Shown here in pieces: positions 17,556 to 28,104 of a stretch of 32,000 nucleotides of DNA. Numbering within the stretch: position 1 is the first letter of the stretch; each line of letters opens with the position of its first letter. Origin of the DNA: Candidatus Thorarchaeota archaeon (GTDB lineage Archaea; Asgardarchaeota; Thorarchaeia; Thorarchaeales; Thorarchaeaceae). A model generated the notes under the pieces. The model made no database searches. It saw only the letters and a program-made list of their open reading frames with translations, and had not been told where the DNA came from. The DNA lies in NCBI GenBank assembly GCA_003345555.1, contig PRDJ01000041.1, positions 30,001-62,000 of the forward strand. Direction: 5' to 3'. The translations under genes were made by a program, and so were the position numbers.

Positions 17556-18125
17556 TCAGTCACTCAAGAACTTATCAAGCCGTCCCTCATTCTCAAGAAG
17601 CTCCATCCAGTCATACCTCGGCGAACGTGCTCGCGGCTTCATCAATTCAACGATCTTGTCCGCAGTCTCAGTGGGTGTCAGGTCCGTCGTATCTATCTCG
17701 AATACCTTTGGCTCACCAAACGACTCGATTGCATCCATCTGACATACTCCAATGACTTCGGCCTCCACGTTTTCAGCGACCTTCTCCTTTGAGTAGCCGC
17801 GCGATGTCAGTCTCTCTTTGAGAGTCGCGGGGTGTGTCCGCAAGACAAACGCCCTCTCAACGGAGCTATAGGGTACCAGATCTATGTAATGTCCTTCGAT
17901 TATGACACGGTCTGACTCTCCTTCGAGAGTGTCTATTATTGCATCGACCAGACAGTCTTCGTCAATGATCTCTGTGTCCCGTTCTGTGTCCTCCTCAGCG
18001 ATGCAACCTGCCTTCTTGGAGAGGTCGCCCAGCGAAATGACCTTGATCTTCAAACGTTCGGCCAGTATCGCAGCGACCTCCGATTTCCCTGTGCCCGGAG
18101 TACCGCCAACAAGTATGGCTGTCAC
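17556..18125 (-). CDS. Adenylate kinase 6 / Fap7 (hCINAP) family NTPase
   Basis: GTPGTGKS P-loop, IIEGHY, L..RL..RGYS.EKV.ENVEAE; GTG start. Confidence 0.93.
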   Translation of the reverse strand: MTAILVGGTPGTGKSEVAAILAERLKIKVISLGDLSKKAGCIAEEDTERDTEIIDEDCLVDAIIDTLEGESDRVIIEGHYIDLVPYSSVERAFVLRTHPATLKERLTSRGYSKEKVAENVEAEVIGVCQMDAIESFGEPKVFEIDTTDLTPTETADKIVELMKPRARSPRYDWMELLENEGRLDKFLSD

Positions 18126-18309
18126 ATTGTGTACATGAAAAAGAGGACAGATAAGAGATTAGCTCTCGCAGTTGCATGCTATTTGAGTCACATAATATAA
18201 GGTCCAATAGACTGGATGCAGTCTAACTGCCGTATTCTATCCTCGGCACAATTCATAAAAACCGCAATCATGCCGCCATGAACACCCGAACGGGAATGGA
18301 GCAACGAGC

Positions 18310-18819
18310 ATGGCATGGGTCCTACGGCAATTCGAGCGAGATGACCTAGACAGCGTCATGGAAATCAACAGGACCTGCCTACCTGAGAACTACCCAGATA
18401 GCTTCTTCCTTGGCCTGTACTATCACGCTCCCAAGGCGTTTCTTGTAGCCGTTGCCGACAGTCGAGTCATCGGATACATAATGTGCAGGATAGAACGGGG
18501 AGTGTCCAGCTATGGTCGACTTCCAGTCAAGAAGGGACATATAGTCTCTGTGGCCGTCGTACCAGAGATTAGACGGCAAGGTGTGGGGTCCGACCTCGTG
18601 AAGGCGGCAATGAACAGCATGTCAACCTACGGTGCGGCAGAGTGCTTTCTTGAGGTTCGGAAATCCAACGAAGCCGCAATCTCCACTTATGAGACTCTTG
18701 CCTTTGAGATCAAGCGCGTTCTCAAGGGGTACTATCGTGATGGAGAAGACGCTTACCTCATGACGAGAAAGCTCGAACCTCAGCCGGGGGCCGAGGCCAT
18801 TGTCGAAGAAGGATATTGA
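18310..18819 (+). CDS. rimI: N-terminal acetyltransferase, Ard1/Naa10/RimI family
   Basis: INRTCLPENY, KGHIVSVAV, RRQGVG, LEVRKSN and YYRDGEDAYLM. Confidence 0.93.
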   Translation: MAWVLRQFERDDLDSVMEINRTCLPENYPDSFFLGLYYHAPKAFLVAVADSRVIGYIMCRIERGVSSYGRLPVKKGHIVSVAVVPEIRRQGVGSDLVKAAMNSMSTYGAAECFLEVRKSNEAAISTYETLAFEIKRVLKGYYRDGEDAYLMTRKLEPQPGAEAIVEEGY

Positions 18820-19723
18820 AGTTCCCCTCATACCCGAATGCTCTTCGTGCATCCTGAACAGTCTTCAGACGCTGTTGCCTCTCATAGCCAAGAATAAGGA
18901 GGAGCAGTTTGAGCTGTACAGGCTAGCCTTCAAGCGACTATCTGAGGGCTACAAGAAGAAGACGCCGCCCGTCGAACTGTCAATTCTGCTTTACAGAGAA
19001 CTGTATTCATTGAAAGGAACGGAGAACCCCCTGAGTGAGATAAAGAGACTCAGCATTGAAGCAGCTAGGAAGGCTCTACCTTGGGTCGATGAGCAGGTAC
19101 TGTCGAAGTCTGGCTATGACCGTCTCAGGGCTGCACTCGCAGCAGCAATTGCGGGCAATCTAATAGACTACAACACGGCGAACTACGAACCCGACTTGGG
19201 CGGACTCAGGTCTTCGTTCACTCGAATAATCGAAGAAGGGTTCGCTATCGACGACTCAAAGCAGCTTTGGGAGTCGCTCGACTCAAGAACCGGTTTGTTA
19301 ACATACCTTGCCGATAATGCTGGAGAGACCTACCTCGACATGCCCTTCCTGAGGCTTGCCAAGGAATTGGGATGGACCATCAACTTCGTGGTCAAAGGCG
19401 AAGCTATGGTGAACGACGCAACAGAAGAGGATGTGGAGGGGTCAGGCATCGAGGAAATCGCCGAGGTTTCCAATACGGGTGCTTGGGCACTCGGAGTTCC
19501 CAAGAAGTGGGTGAGCCACCAATTTCTTGAACTGATAGCGAGAAGCCAACTTGTGATCTCAAAAGGTCAAGCAAACGTGGAGACTTTCCCTGAGATTCAG
19601 AGCGATTTTGGTGTTGAAACCTACTATGTGTTGAACGCAAAGTGCCCTCACATAGCCGAAGCCCTCAATGCAAAGAAGGGTGACAACATCGTGCTGCGGA
19701 GACCGGTCGATTCAGAATCGTGA
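18800..19723 (+). CDS. DUF89/ARMT1-like damage-control phosphatase
   Basis: CSSC N-terminus, IAGNLID, DNAGE, NDAT, SKGQANVE and AKC. It overlaps the rimI stop by 20 nt. Confidence 0.9.
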   Translation: MSKKDIEVPLIPECSSCILNSLQTLLPLIAKNKEEQFELYRLAFKRLSEGYKKKTPPVELSILLYRELYSLKGTENPLSEIKRLSIEAARKALPWVDEQVLSKSGYDRLRAALAAAIAGNLIDYNTANYEPDLGGLRSSFTRIIEEGFAIDDSKQLWESLDSRTGLLTYLADNAGETYLDMPFLRLAKELGWTINFVVKGEAMVNDATEEDVEGSGIEEIAEVSNTGAWALGVPKKWVSHQFLELIARSQLVISKGQANVETFPEIQSDFGVETYYVLNAKCPHIAEALNAKKGDNIVLRRPVDSES

Positions 19724-19904
19724 GACAAGAGTCAGTGATAGCCCGTGTTCTTGCCGACAACCTTTTTACTGCTACAAACGCAGCCGGCCACCTACAGGCG
19801 AGGTTCGAAGATAATCCTTAAATGCTGTATACGAAGTCCATGTACAGTTTTGGCTGGACCCGTCTAGGTTAGGCCAATGATTATTCCAAATGGAGGAAAT
19901 GATT

Positions 19905-21566
19905 GTGAGTCAACAGGGTGGCCAAAGTGTTCCGGTCTTGATACTCAGAGAAGGCACAGAGCGGAGCACAGGCCGTGATGCACAACGCAATAACATCATG
20001 GCGGCAATCGTAGTCGCTGAAGCAATCAAGTCGGCCCTGGGTCCAAAAGGCATGGACAAAATGCTCGTGGACTCTTTTGGTGACGTGACGATTAGCAACG
20101 ATGGCGCCACGATTCTCAAGGAGATGGATGTTGCACATCCAGCAGCAAAAATGGTGATAGAGGTAAGCAAGACAGTCGACTCAGAGGTGGGCGATGGTAC
20201 AACCACTGCCGCTGTCCTTACGGGTGAGCTCCTGAAACAAGCTCAGACGCTCCTCGATCAGAAGATACATCCTACGACGATTATCAGCGGCTATAGGAAG
20301 GCCGCTGAGAAGGCAATGCAAATCATCGATTCCGCAGCGGAGACTGTTGATCCGAAGGATCCTGCGTACAGAAAGCTGTTGGTTGATGTTGCCAAGACTG
20401 CTATGTCGAGCAAGTTTGTGTCCGCCTCGAAAGATAATCTGGCTGAAGTCGTAGTCGATGCAGTCCTCTCGGTTGCAAAGACATTGCAGCCTGGTGAGGA
20501 GATAGACATGGAAAACCTGCCCCGTCAGAAGCAAATGGGTTTAACATTCCAGTCAAGCGAACTCGTGAAGGGCATCGTGCTTGACAAGGAAGTCGTCCAT
20601 TCGGGTATGCCGACAAAGGTGGAGTCAGCCAGAATAGCTCTCTTGGAGTGCCCGCTTGAGATTACAAAGACTGAGATCACGGCCAAGATTGCGATACATG
20701 ATCCGCAGTCGATGCAGGGCTTCCTTGGCGAAGAGGAGAGACTTCTCAAGACAATGGTTGACAAAGTTATCGAATCTGGAGCGAATGTTGTGATTTGTCA
20801 AAAAGGCATTGATGATGTGGCTCAGCACTACCTTGCCAAGAATGGTATCTTGGCTGTGAGAAGAATCAAGAAGTCAGATGTGGAGAGACTTAGCAAAGCC
20901 ACGGGAGCTACTATTGTTTCCAAGATACACACGCTCTCAAAGGCAGACCTTGGAAAGGCGAAGCTCGTCGAGCAGAGGAAAATCGGCGATGACAAGATGG
21001 TCTTCATCGAAGGGACTCCGTATTCATCTGTAGTGACACTTCTCATCAGAGGTGGCACTCAGCATGTTGTCGACGAGGTTGACCGCGTGGTGAATGACGC
21101 TCTTTGGGTCGTGCGCGACGTCATAAAGTACCCAAAGATTAGCTACGGAGGCGGTGCCATCGAAGCTGAGGTCGCTATGAAGCTGCGTCAGATGGCATCA
21201 ACTCTCGAAGGGAGAGAGCAGTACGCTGTGAATTCGTTCGCGGATGCAGTAGAATCTATTCCCGCAGCGCTGGCAGAGAACGCTGGCCTAGAACCCATTG
21301 ATACGTTGGTTGACCTCCGGACAGCCCATACTGAGGGAAAGGTCACATTCGGAATCGACATCGAAAAGGGCAAGGTTGGAGACATGAAGAAGACTCGTGT
21401 CATTGAGCCAACACTTGTCAAGAGGCAGGTTATCGCTTCTGCCGCAGAGGCCTCACAGATGATTCTGAAGATTGATGACGTGATTAGCTCGAAAGGCAAG
21501 AAGGGAATGGGTGCACCTGGCGGGAAGGGCCGGGGAGAACACGACAAGGAACTAGATGAAGACTAG
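19905..21566 (+). CDS. Thermosome (group II chaperonin) subunit
   Basis: [29 protein letters not shown] and GGGAIE. GTG 19905 (MSQQGGQ...), 8 nt after GGAGG, is preferred over the ORF-track start at 19890. Confidence 0.97.
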   Translation: MSQQGGQSVPVLILREGTERSTGRDAQRNNIMAAIVVAEAIKSALGPKGMDKMLVDSFGDVTISNDGATILKEMDVAHPAAKMVIEVSKTVDSEVGDGTTTAAVLTGELLKQAQTLLDQKIHPTTIISGYRKAAEKAMQIIDSAAETVDPKDPAYRKLLVDVAKTAMSSKFVSASKDNLAEVVVDAVLSVAKTLQPGEEIDMENLPRQKQMGLTFQSSELVKGIVLDKEVVHSGMPTKVESARIALLECPLEITKTEITAKIAIHDPQSMQGFLGEEERLLKTMVDKVIESGANVVICQKGIDDVAQHYLAKNGILAVRRIKKSDVERLSKATGATIVSKIHTLSKADLGKAKLVEQRKIGDDKMVFIEGTPYSSVVTLLIRGGTQHVVDEVDRVVNDALWVVRDVIKYPKISYGGGAIEAEVAMKLRQMASTLEGREQYAVNSFADAVESIPAALAENAGLEPIDTLVDLRTAHTEGKVTFGIDIEKGKVGDMKKTRVIEPTLVKRQVIASAAEASQMILKIDDVISSKGKKGMGAPGGKGRGEHDKELDED

Positions 21567-21600
21567 AGATCCAGTTGGCGAGCAGAAAAAGGTGCGATTA

Positions 21601-22263
21601 ATGGCGGAAGACTTCGACCCGGAAGAGAATGAGAACGAGGAGTTCATCGAGGAAGAACCAGAGCCGGCTTTTGTGCTGACACGCATTCCGGGCGTTGGAC
21701 CAAAGACGGCTGAGAAGCTCGTGGCTTCTGGCTATGGCGATGTCCAGAAGATTGCTGCCGTGGATGCCGAAACTCTTGCTGGAGCCGTTCCAGGTTTGAG
21801 TGAAGCAAAGGCGGAGATTATAATCAATGAAGCCAAGTCATTCTTGGAGGAAACCGCAGCCGAAGCTGAAGAAAAAGGCAAGAAGTCCAAACGCAAGAAG
21901 AGCACTGAGGTTGAGCCGACAAAGGTAGGACTCCCGCCCGCAACCGAACGCGCTCATGAGGACGAGGTCGCATCACTACAAACAGGCTACGACAGGGAGA
22001 AGAAGGAGCTGGGCATAGCCATCGGCCCGAAGTGGTTGACGAAATACGAGAGGGCAAGAGTCGTCGGTGCCCGTGCGCTTCAGATTTCAATGGGTGCCCC
22101 TGTACTCATTGATATCAACACTGCGCCGAAAGGACTGTTTGCTCTCGCAGAGGCAGAGCTGAGGGCCGGGGCCCTTCCCATGACTGTCCGAAGAACCCTT
22201 CCGTCCGGGGAACATTTCGACATCCCTCTTTCAATCCTGCTGAAGAGCACGAAGTTCAGCTAG
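21601..22263 (+). CDS. rpo6: RNA polymerase subunit Rpo6 (K/omega) with N-terminal acidic tail and helix-hairpin-helix domain
   Basis: C-terminal [22 protein letters not shown]...[17 protein letters not shown]; N-terminal [12 protein letters not shown]...[12 protein letters not shown] tandem HhH. Confidence 0.95.
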   Translation: MAEDFDPEENENEEFIEEEPEPAFVLTRIPGVGPKTAEKLVASGYGDVQKIAAVDAETLAGAVPGLSEAKAEIIINEAKSFLEETAAEAEEKGKKSKRKKSTEVEPTKVGLPPATERAHEDEVASLQTGYDREKKELGIAIGPKWLTKYERARVVGARALQISMGAPVLIDINTAPKGLFALAEAELRAGALPMTVRRTLPSGEHFDIPLSILLKSTKFS

Positions 22264-22373
22264 TGTCCAACTTCAGTCCCTCTTTTTCTGATAGAGCAGT
22301 ATTACCCAGATTCGTGATAAAACGCCTTAAGAGCCATTGAATACGATGCTGTAGGTCCCGATGGTGATAGTGC

Positions 22374-23726
22374 ATGCAGATTGTTGTCACTCCTGACCTC
22401 GTGATGATGTGCCTAATCGGTTTTGCAGTAGGCGCTCTGATAGGTCTTGAGAGACAGAAACGCATGACGGAAGAGATGTCCTTGGGAGTGAGGACGTTCG
22501 GACTCCACAGTCTGCTCGGCACAATATCGGCCTACATATTCCGGGTCTACGATAATCCGTACATCCTGATATACGCCATATGTGTCTCAATTGTGTTCTC
22601 TGCAGCTTCAGTTGTCTACAAGATATTCAGGACAACACGGAAAGGCCTGACCACCTCGATAGTGTTCGCATTGTCCTTCGTCTTGGGCGCATTGGTCGGT
22701 ATGGACCCAACGCCAAGCCCGAGTCAGCCTCTTGGAGAACTAGAAGTCCTTGCGATGACAATATCATTTCTGGTGTTCCTAGTTCTGAGCTTCAAAGAGG
22801 AACTGGCTGCTGCAGTAGCTTCTGTCAGCCACGAAGAAATGATAGGTGCAGCCGAACTAATGGTTCTAATTGCCTTTCTATGGCCGATCCTCACACAATA
22901 CCCCAATATTGCCGTTGGCCCACTTACATTTCCACTCTTCCAGACCTATTTCCTAGTTGTCGTACTACTATCCATCAGGTTTGCCAGCTACATAATCGTA
23001 AAGAAGTACAAGGACCGTGGTCCCTACTTCTTCGGCTTCTTTGGAGGTTTCGCCAATAGCGAAGCCACAGTCTCAAGTATAACGGACTTCCACAACGCAC
23101 TTGAGGAGAAATACCCCGGTAGGATGTCTCTAGCCATCATACTTGCTAACCTCGCCATGGTGCTCAGAAACGCAGTGCTCGTCGTAATCCTCGACCCTAC
23201 CCTCAACATATTCAGGTTGTACTTGGGGCCTCTTCTAATCCTCTTGTTCGTTGGCGTGCTGAGGTTTCTATATGAAGGAAGAAGAAGACTGAAGCCAGAA
23301 GCCAAAGAAGATATCGGCGCGCGAATTAAGGTTGGATTCGGATCACCGTTCTCTCTGCATGCTGCACTTCGGTTTGCCATTATCTTCTCGTGCGTGTCTC
23401 TACTGGCGCTATGGGCCCAGCAGTCTTTCAGTCAGCTAGGCATGATAGTTGCTGCGTTCATCGGAGGATTTGCTTCGGCTGGAGCAGTGGTTTCCATAGC
23501 TGCTCTTTCATATTCAACAGGAGCAATCACACTCGCTACGGCAGCATTTGCCGTAATCATCGCCACAACTACATCGGTGTTCAACAAGATCATTTACGTC
23601 TTCTTGGGCGACTACCAAGGCCGACGTGACTTGTCGAGAATGGCCGCAAGAGATGCACTGGTCATGGGAGCCGCCGTACTCGGCTTTCTGGTGTTGCTGC
23701 AACTGGGATACATTCCGATTGAGTAG
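22374..23726 (+). CDS. MgtC/SapB-DUF4010 integral membrane protein
   Basis: GALIGLERQ...GVRTF MgtC motif, about 13 TM, GGFANSEAT and C-terminal IAxxxxxxNK. Confidence 0.9.
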   Translation: MQIVVTPDLVMMCLIGFAVGALIGLERQKRMTEEMSLGVRTFGLHSLLGTISAYIFRVYDNPYILIYAICVSIVFSAASVVYKIFRTTRKGLTTSIVFALSFVLGALVGMDPTPSPSQPLGELEVLAMTISFLVFLVLSFKEELAAAVASVSHEEMIGAAELMVLIAFLWPILTQYPNIAVGPLTFPLFQTYFLVVVLLSIRFASYIIVKKYKDRGPYFFGFFGGFANSEATVSSITDFHNALEEKYPGRMSLAIILANLAMVLRNAVLVVILDPTLNIFRLYLGPLLILLFVGVLRFLYEGRRRLKPEAKEDIGARIKVGFGSPFSLHAALRFAIIFSCVSLLALWAQQSFSQLGMIVAAFIGGFASAGAVVSIAALSYSTGAITLATAAFAVIIATTTSVFNKIIYVFLGDYQGRRDLSRMAARDALVMGAAVLGFLVLLQLGYIPIE

Positions 23727-23884
23727 AGCAACTGATGACAAGCGGAAGACTTAAAGAACAGAGAAACATTGACCTGCTTGGTGACAAGCATGAGCGGTCG
23801 TGGCTCTGTTCATCCCGGCTTCTGAGTTTTTCAGCGCAGAGCAGGCCTTGCTTGTTGTCACGACCAATTCTGGAGGATTTTGCC

Positions 23885-25195
23885 TTGAGTGAGATGAGAT
23901 TAGTGCGAGGTATGAGAGACCTCATGGGGCCGGAGCAATACATCAACGACTACCTCATTGAGATGGCGGTGAACGTCTTTCGGCTTTTCAACTACGAGCC
24001 CCTTGATACACCTGTCATGGAGCTATGGGAAACACTTGCTGCCAAAGGTGGCGAAGAAGTAGAATCAGACACCTTCAAATTCGCGGACAAAGGCGGGCGC
24101 GAGGTTGGTCTTCGGTTTGACCTGACAGTTCCTTTGGGCAGACTTGTGGCATCCAATCCCAGTTTGCCAAAGCCGTTCAAGAGATACGCAATCGGCAAAG
24201 TCTGGAGATATGATAGACCACAAGCGGGTCGATACCGAGAATTCACACAGGCAGACGTTGACGTAGTCGGTTCAAGCAGCATGACTGCCGACACAGAGGT
24301 AGTCCTTGTGGCCCTTGAGTTCATGAGACGAGTCCTAGGAGGCGATTACGTCATTCGCGTAAACAACAGAAAAGTCCTGAAGGGACTCACTGAGAAAGCA
24401 GGAGTACCGGATGCACTTGCCTACGAGTGTTTCAGGTCAATAGACAAGCTGGATAAGATCGGGCGGGACGGAGTACTTGAGGAACTCAAGAACAGGGGGG
24501 TCGGCAGGAAACAAAGCAACTTCCTAATGGATAACATCACCTTGAGAGGAAAAGGTAGTTCTGTCCTCGAGCAGTTCGGGGATCTTCTGAATGGATCGGA
24601 AGTCGGCATGCGTGGAGTGGAAGAACTGTCAGCGATGGCGAGCAACTTCGAGGAGTCAGACGTAAGTGATTCTGTAGAGTTTGACATGTCTCTCGCACGA
24701 GGACTGGACTATTACACTGGTCCGGTCTTTGAGGGCACATTCACTGGTGAACCCCGAGTTGGATCAATCGCGGGAGGCGGTCGTTATGACAATCTGATTG
24801 AGAAGTTTGGTGGCCCACCAACTCCGGCGACTGGCATCTCGTTAGGCATTGGTAGGCTTATCGATGTCATGCTCGCAAGAGGACTCGGCGATAAACTTGT
24901 GCCTACTCTTGACGTGTTTCTTGCCCCAATTACTCCATCAATGGCGAGATATGCTGCAAGGTTCCAGTCAGAGCTTGTTAAGGCCGGTTTCTCTTGCGAG
25001 ACGGACCTCATGGAAAGAAACCTAAAGAAACTGCTCGAGGTCGCTGACTCGAAGAAGGCAAGATACGCAGTTATCATCGGCCAACGAGATCTGGAAAAGA
25101 GGGAGGTTAGCGTTCGAGATATGCGGACCAAGGACACGCGCCAGGTCAAGATTGATGATTTAGTGAAGTATATTCAAACCAGCATCAAGAGATGA
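23885..25195 (+). CDS. hisS: Histidyl-tRNA synthetase
   Basis: RGMRD, LRFDLTVP, WRYDRPQAGRYREFTQAD, LARGLDYYTG, GGGRYD and an anticodon-binding domain. The start is TTG 23885 or ATG 23894, not 23735. Confidence 0.98.
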   Translation: MSEMRLVRGMRDLMGPEQYINDYLIEMAVNVFRLFNYEPLDTPVMELWETLAAKGGEEVESDTFKFADKGGREVGLRFDLTVPLGRLVASNPSLPKPFKRYAIGKVWRYDRPQAGRYREFTQADVDVVGSSSMTADTEVVLVALEFMRRVLGGDYVIRVNNRKVLKGLTEKAGVPDALAYECFRSIDKLDKIGRDGVLEELKNRGVGRKQSNFLMDNITLRGKGSSVLEQFGDLLNGSEVGMRGVEELSAMASNFEESDVSDSVEFDMSLARGLDYYTGPVFEGTFTGEPRVGSIAGGGRYDNLIEKFGGPPTPATGISLGIGRLIDVMLARGLGDKLVPTLDVFLAPITPSMARYAARFQSELVKAGFSCETDLMERNLKKLLEVADSKKARYAVIIGQRDLEKREVSVRDMRTKDTRQVKIDDLVKYIQTSIKR

Positions 25196-25199
25196 CCGG

Positions 25200-25233
25200 G
25201 GCAACGCGTCCTCGTCATACGAGGTGTATTGCC
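25200..25233 (+). terminator. Hairpin after hisS
   Basis: GGCAA...CCTCGT-cat-ACGAGG...TTGCC, with a T6 run about 20 nt downstream. Confidence 0.45.
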
Positions 25234-25296
25234 TAGCTCTGGTGTCGACCGAAGCCTTTTTTCTCAGGCACTGCAATCTGTAACCAGGGATTACTG

Positions 25297-26145
25297 ATGA
25301 CACGAATGCCTGTGGTCGCAGGATCCTTCTACGAAGGAAAGCCTGAAGCATTACTCAAGCATCTAGAAAGCTGCTTTGTCAAGAGTCCCGGTCCCGAACG
25401 GCTGCCGAAGGGTGGGTCAGGTAAGTCGAGGAAAATTAAGGCACTTGTATCCCCTCATGCAGGATACATGTATTCTGGAATGGCGGCAGCCCACAGCTAT
25501 CTACATCTCTATGAGGATGGGCAACCAGAGCACATAGTCATCCTCGGTCCAAACCATACTGGCCGAGGTCTGGATCTCTCCCGACTTGCTGTCTGTGAAG
25601 ATAACTGGGAAACGCCTCTTGGACTAGTCAAGTATGACAGGAAAATCGGTCCGATGATTCTCGAACAGAACGAATATGCCATGCCCGATTGCATTGCACA
25701 TACTGGAGAGCACTCGATTGAAGTGCAGCTGCCTTTCCTCCAGTTTGCCTTTGGCAAAGAATTAAGCTTCGTTCCCATCTGCATTAGCGACCAGAGCTAT
25801 GAAATCTGCGAATCCATTGGAAAGACTGTAGCCAATGTCGCTAAAGATAACGACATAGTGGTAATCGCGAGTTCTGACTTCACTCACTTCGAGTCTGCAG
25901 AGAGCGCGAGGAAGAAAGACAACCAAGCAATCGAATACCTTGAGAACCTCGACCCGGAAGGATTCCTGAGATTCGTGCACGGTCATCGGTTGAGTATTTG
26001 TGGCGCCGGTCCCATTGCTGCGGCCTTGGTGTTCGCTATCGAGCGAGGAGCAACTCAGTTCAGTCTCCTGAAGTACATGAACAGTGGTGACGTGACCGGC
26101 GACGGTGGTCATGTCGTCGCATACGTGGCTGCAGAGATTACCTAG
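25297..26145 (+). CDS. MEMO1 family protein (AmmeMemoRadiSam protein B)
   Basis: R.PVVAGSFY, PHAGYMYSG, GPNHTG, EHSIEVQLPFLQ, SSDFTH, CGAGP and VAY. Confidence 0.95.
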   Translation: MTRMPVVAGSFYEGKPEALLKHLESCFVKSPGPERLPKGGSGKSRKIKALVSPHAGYMYSGMAAAHSYLHLYEDGQPEHIVILGPNHTGRGLDLSRLAVCEDNWETPLGLVKYDRKIGPMILEQNEYAMPDCIAHTGEHSIEVQLPFLQFAFGKELSFVPICISDQSYEICESIGKTVANVAKDNDIVVIASSDFTHFESAESARKKDNQAIEYLENLDPEGFLRFVHGHRLSICGAGPIAAALVFAIERGATQFSLLKYMNSGDVTGDGGHVVAYVAAEIT

Positions 26146-26162
26146 GTGAACTGCGGCCCGAC

Positions 26163-27449
26163 TCAGTCTTGAGGCCCAGCAATTGCGTCTACGGCATCGT
26201 GGCTCTTGGAATTCGGCTTGACGCTTGGAAGCCCGACTATTGCGGTCACGCAGCCAGCGAGTGACACTATCGATGCGAGGAATAGACTTCCAGTAGCGAC
26301 CCCAGTTTCAGAATAGAGATATCCAGCAAGAAGAGGACCTATCACGTACGCCGTGTTGTTGACCATGCCAAAGACGCCCATGACAGCACCGTAGGCATTC
26401 TTGTCAGTGAGGTCAGCCACCATAGCCTGTGTGGTTGGGCCTCTCAATGAGATTGCTAGGCCCAGCACCGCTGCCCCCTCAAGAAGCCCTACAATCTCGG
26501 TAGCCTGCATGAATATGAGCATCGATACTGCGCCCAAGAACGATCCTAGCACAATTGGCCATTTCCTGCCAAGCCTGTCTGACTCTAGACCGAATCCAAT
26601 GCTGCCGCATATGGTAATAGCTCCAACGACCCCAAAGAACAGACCTATCTGTAGCGGGGTTACCCTGAATCTCTCCACAGCATCCAGCGTGAAGGCTACC
26701 TCAAGGATCCCGATAGCGAAAACATTGGCAAACACAGAAACGGCCAAGGCGGCATAGGCACTTGAGTTGCGGCTGAGTATCTCAAAGACATGAATCCCTC
26801 GCTCGTTCACTGTAGACTCACGATGGTGCTCAGGTTCTGTAATGAGCAAGTGAAGCGCGGCGAGTGTCACAAGAGTGATGATAGCCGTGATGATGAACGG
26901 TAGTCTGAAGCCAAAGAACTCTGCCAAGACCCCTCCCAAAGTGGGTCCAATGATAAAGCCCACCATGCCGCCAGCACTGAGAAAGCCCATGGCTTTTCCG
27001 CGGGCCGTCGGAGCAGTCACATCCGCCACAAATGCATTGGCGGCAGGAAAGAATCCTGCTGATACTGCGCCCTCTACTATCCGCGCGACAATCATGACGT
27101 ATATGTCGGTAGCCAGAGAGTAGAGGACGTTTGCTGCAGCAAAACCAACCATAGCAGTCACAAGAACAGGCTTTCGACCAGTCCGGTCGGATAGATGGCC
27201 AAGTGGTCCAGCGAGAAGGATTTGTGCCATTGCGTACGCTGCCGCTAGAATGCCCAGCTCCATGCCACCAAGACTCATTGAAAGAATGTAGTATGGAAAA
27301 ATCGGAATGACGATTCCAAAGCCGATTTGTAGTATGGCCATGCATACAGCAAGGGTCAAGACCTGATGCATACCGACACTGACTCTGCTTGCTGCCAAGC
27401 TCTGGCCTTGTTGGTTCGACAATTGCGGGTCGACATCAGCGTCAGTCAA
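26163..27449 (-). CDS. MFS transporter (DHA1/TetA-like)
   Basis: 12 TM, motif A GHLSDRTGRKP and its second-half counterpart ESDRLGRK. Confidence 0.93.
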   Translation of the reverse strand: MTDADVDPQLSNQQGQSLAASRVSVGMHQVLTLAVCMAILQIGFGIVIPIFPYYILSMSLGGMELGILAAAYAMAQILLAGPLGHLSDRTGRKPVLVTAMVGFAAANVLYSLATDIYVMIVARIVEGAVSAGFFPAANAFVADVTAPTARGKAMGFLSAGGMVGFIIGPTLGGVLAEFFGFRLPFIITAIITLVTLAALHLLITEPEHHRESTVNERGIHVFEILSRNSSAYAALAVSVFANVFAIGILEVAFTLDAVERFRVTPLQIGLFFGVVGAITICGSIGFGLESDRLGRKWPIVLGSFLGAVSMLIFMQATEIVGLLEGAAVLGLAISLRGPTTQAMVADLTDKNAYGAVMGVFGMVNNTAYVIGPLLAGYLYSETGVATGSLFLASIVSLAGCVTAIVGLPSVKPNSKSHDAVDAIAGPQD

Positions 27450-27519
27450 AGCGTGCGCCGCCGTCGGCCTATCTTCCGCGCTTTTCAGTCTTCCTCAATG
27501 CCAGATGCATACTGACCGG

Positions 27520-28104
27520 CTACGAAGGTTTGTCGATTACTACCCTGCTTACACCCTTTATCTCTCTCAGTGAATCGATCACCGATCCGGAGAGCGGCTC
27601 TTGAGTGATTATCTTAAGACACGGTTCTTCATAAATGGCGACATCTTCCGCGATTACTTGCCGGATAGGTACACTGTATCCAGCGATCGTGGAAGCTACT
27701 TCAGAAAGGATACCTGGAAGCTGTGGTGACTCGACATAGACTTTGACTACCCCGTAACCGAAAACCTTACTGACCTTTTCAAGGGAAGGGCCGGCAGGCT
27801 CTATTCTGGAAAACAGCTCAAGCATTTTGGGATTGGAACAAATAGCCTCGGTCGTAGATCGCACGGTTCGCCGGTCTATTCCCAAGCCATCGCCAATAGA
27901 CTTCAAGGCAATCCTGATGGATTTGCACTTGACCACGCCGGGCGATTCCACACGGAAGCCATGCGTCAATATGGATTGAGCTACCTTGAGCCTTCCTGGG
28001 GACTCATGGAAGAATTCCACAATCGTCTGCCAGAACAGATGATCACGTGTTGTCTCAGTTGCAGTCTTAGACTGCCTGGATGATTTTTTCCATGAGGATT
28101 TCAT
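27520..28104 (-). CDS. ACT-domain putative amino-acid metabolism regulator (COG2150-like)
   Basis: FHESPGRLKVA...GF, HTH-like GIDRRTV and C-terminal ACT PGILSEV...IRQV. The true start is probably downstream of 28104. Confidence 0.85.
   Translation of the reverse strand: MKSSWKKSSRQSKTATETTRDHLFWQTIVEFFHESPGRLKVAQSILTHGFRVESPGVVKCKSIRIALKSIGDGLGIDRRTVRSTTEAICSNPKMLELFSRIEPAGPSLEKVSKVFGYGVVKVYVESPQLPGILSEVASTIAGYSVPIRQVIAEDVAIYEEPCLKIITQEPLSGSVIDSLREIKGVSRVVIDKPS

Noticed and set aside
18122-18136. Tiny uORF ATG-TAC-ACA-ATG-TGA overlapping the GTG start of AK6 (GTGA overlap)
   Set aside because: It is too short to distinguish from chance without ribosome profiling or conservation data.
19905-21566. 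Divergent intermediate-domain segment ([15 protein letters not shown]) in the thermosome subunit as a CCT-like specialisation
   Set aside because: The catalytic motifs are intact and this level of divergence is ordinary for archaeal paralogs.
23735-23884. N-terminal extension of HisRS given by the ORF track
   Set aside because: It has a non-coding-like composition, and homologues begin at the RGMRD region, so this is a mis-called start.
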